Source: Camelus ferus (taxonomy: Eukaryota). From it: a stretch of 64,000 nt of DNA. Under the pieces are notes generated by a model that did no database searches, was not told the DNA's origin, and saw only the letters and a list, made by a program, of their open reading frames with translations. Made by a program: the position numbers and the translations under genes. The stretch covers positions 6,572,001-6,636,000 of the forward strand of contig NC_045716.1 of NCBI RefSeq assembly GCF_009834535.1. The letters run 5' to 3'. Positions 63,555-64,000 of this stretch are shown here, in pieces (within the stretch, counting starts at the first letter, position 1; the number at the start of each line of letters is the position of its first letter).

Positions 63555-64000
63555 CAGTGGTCCTCAGTGTTCCACAGATCTCCCCATGGCTTGATGAGGC
63601 CCCTTCCAGAGGCTCCTTGAGGTGGAAACTATTTTCCTCATAATATAAAGATACTACGTGTCTTCTCCACTGAGTTGATATTTGCACCGATGCTGCAAAA
63701 GCAACAGTGGGAGAAACTGCAGGTGCCGTAACAGGCATTGATGTGGTGACACCAAACCATGCCAGCTGTCACTGCACTTGTCACCACACCCACAGTCGTT
63801 TTTGTTTTCGTTTTTGCTTTTTTAAATCTGGCTTTACTGAGGGGTATCCTAGAAGCAATGCAAATTATAAATTTACGAAATACTGACCCTTGAGCACCTG
63901 TCCTCTTAATATTCTGACAAAATGGGAAGTGTACACACAGCACTTCTGCTACAAACGAAAGTGTGATTGTTGGAGTTGCGAGCTAAACTATCCCCCTTGG
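63555..64000 (+). mobile_element. Charlie1-type hAT DNA transposon deletion derivative with transposase relic (runs off window)
   Basis: TIR-like start cagtggtcctca after gtctagct; frame from 63677 reads DICTDAAKATVGETAG...HCTCH, matching the hAT CTDGA and CxxH motifs; later tttgagttgcgagct-like segment ggagttgcgagctaaacta. Confidence 0.85.

Overview
Mammalian genomic DNA, most likely a camelid (two tRNA-Ala-derived Vic-1-type SINEs and artiodactyl/camelid-type L1 3' ends), syntenic to human 1q25.2. The only recognisable protein-coding sequence is the 3' part of ASTN1 (astrotactin-1) exon 1 on the + strand (47695-47851; its ATG falls in an N run). About 6 kb upstream a second CpG island holds a divergently oriented first exon on the - strand (~41375 to 40600), assigned to BRINP2 by known head-to-head synteny rather than by coding sequence. 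Everything else is intron 1 of BRINP2 (1-40599), the shared intergenic spacer and intron 1 of ASTN1 (47852-64000), filled with MIR, L2, L1, MLT1 and hAT/Charlie relics. There are no rRNA, tRNA or CRISPR features. I cannot demonstrate a new biological system. The best leads are regulatory: a 125-bp CRE/E-box/NRF1-Z-DNA/CGCG motif cluster in BRINP2 intron 1, a perfect RFX X-box in ASTN1 intron 1, and a BRINP2 leader with four ATG uORFs, a GGC repeat and an internal consensus splice donor. Repeat family names and boundaries come from recalled consensus sequences and are approximate (about +/-20-50 bp) unless a TSD is quoted.
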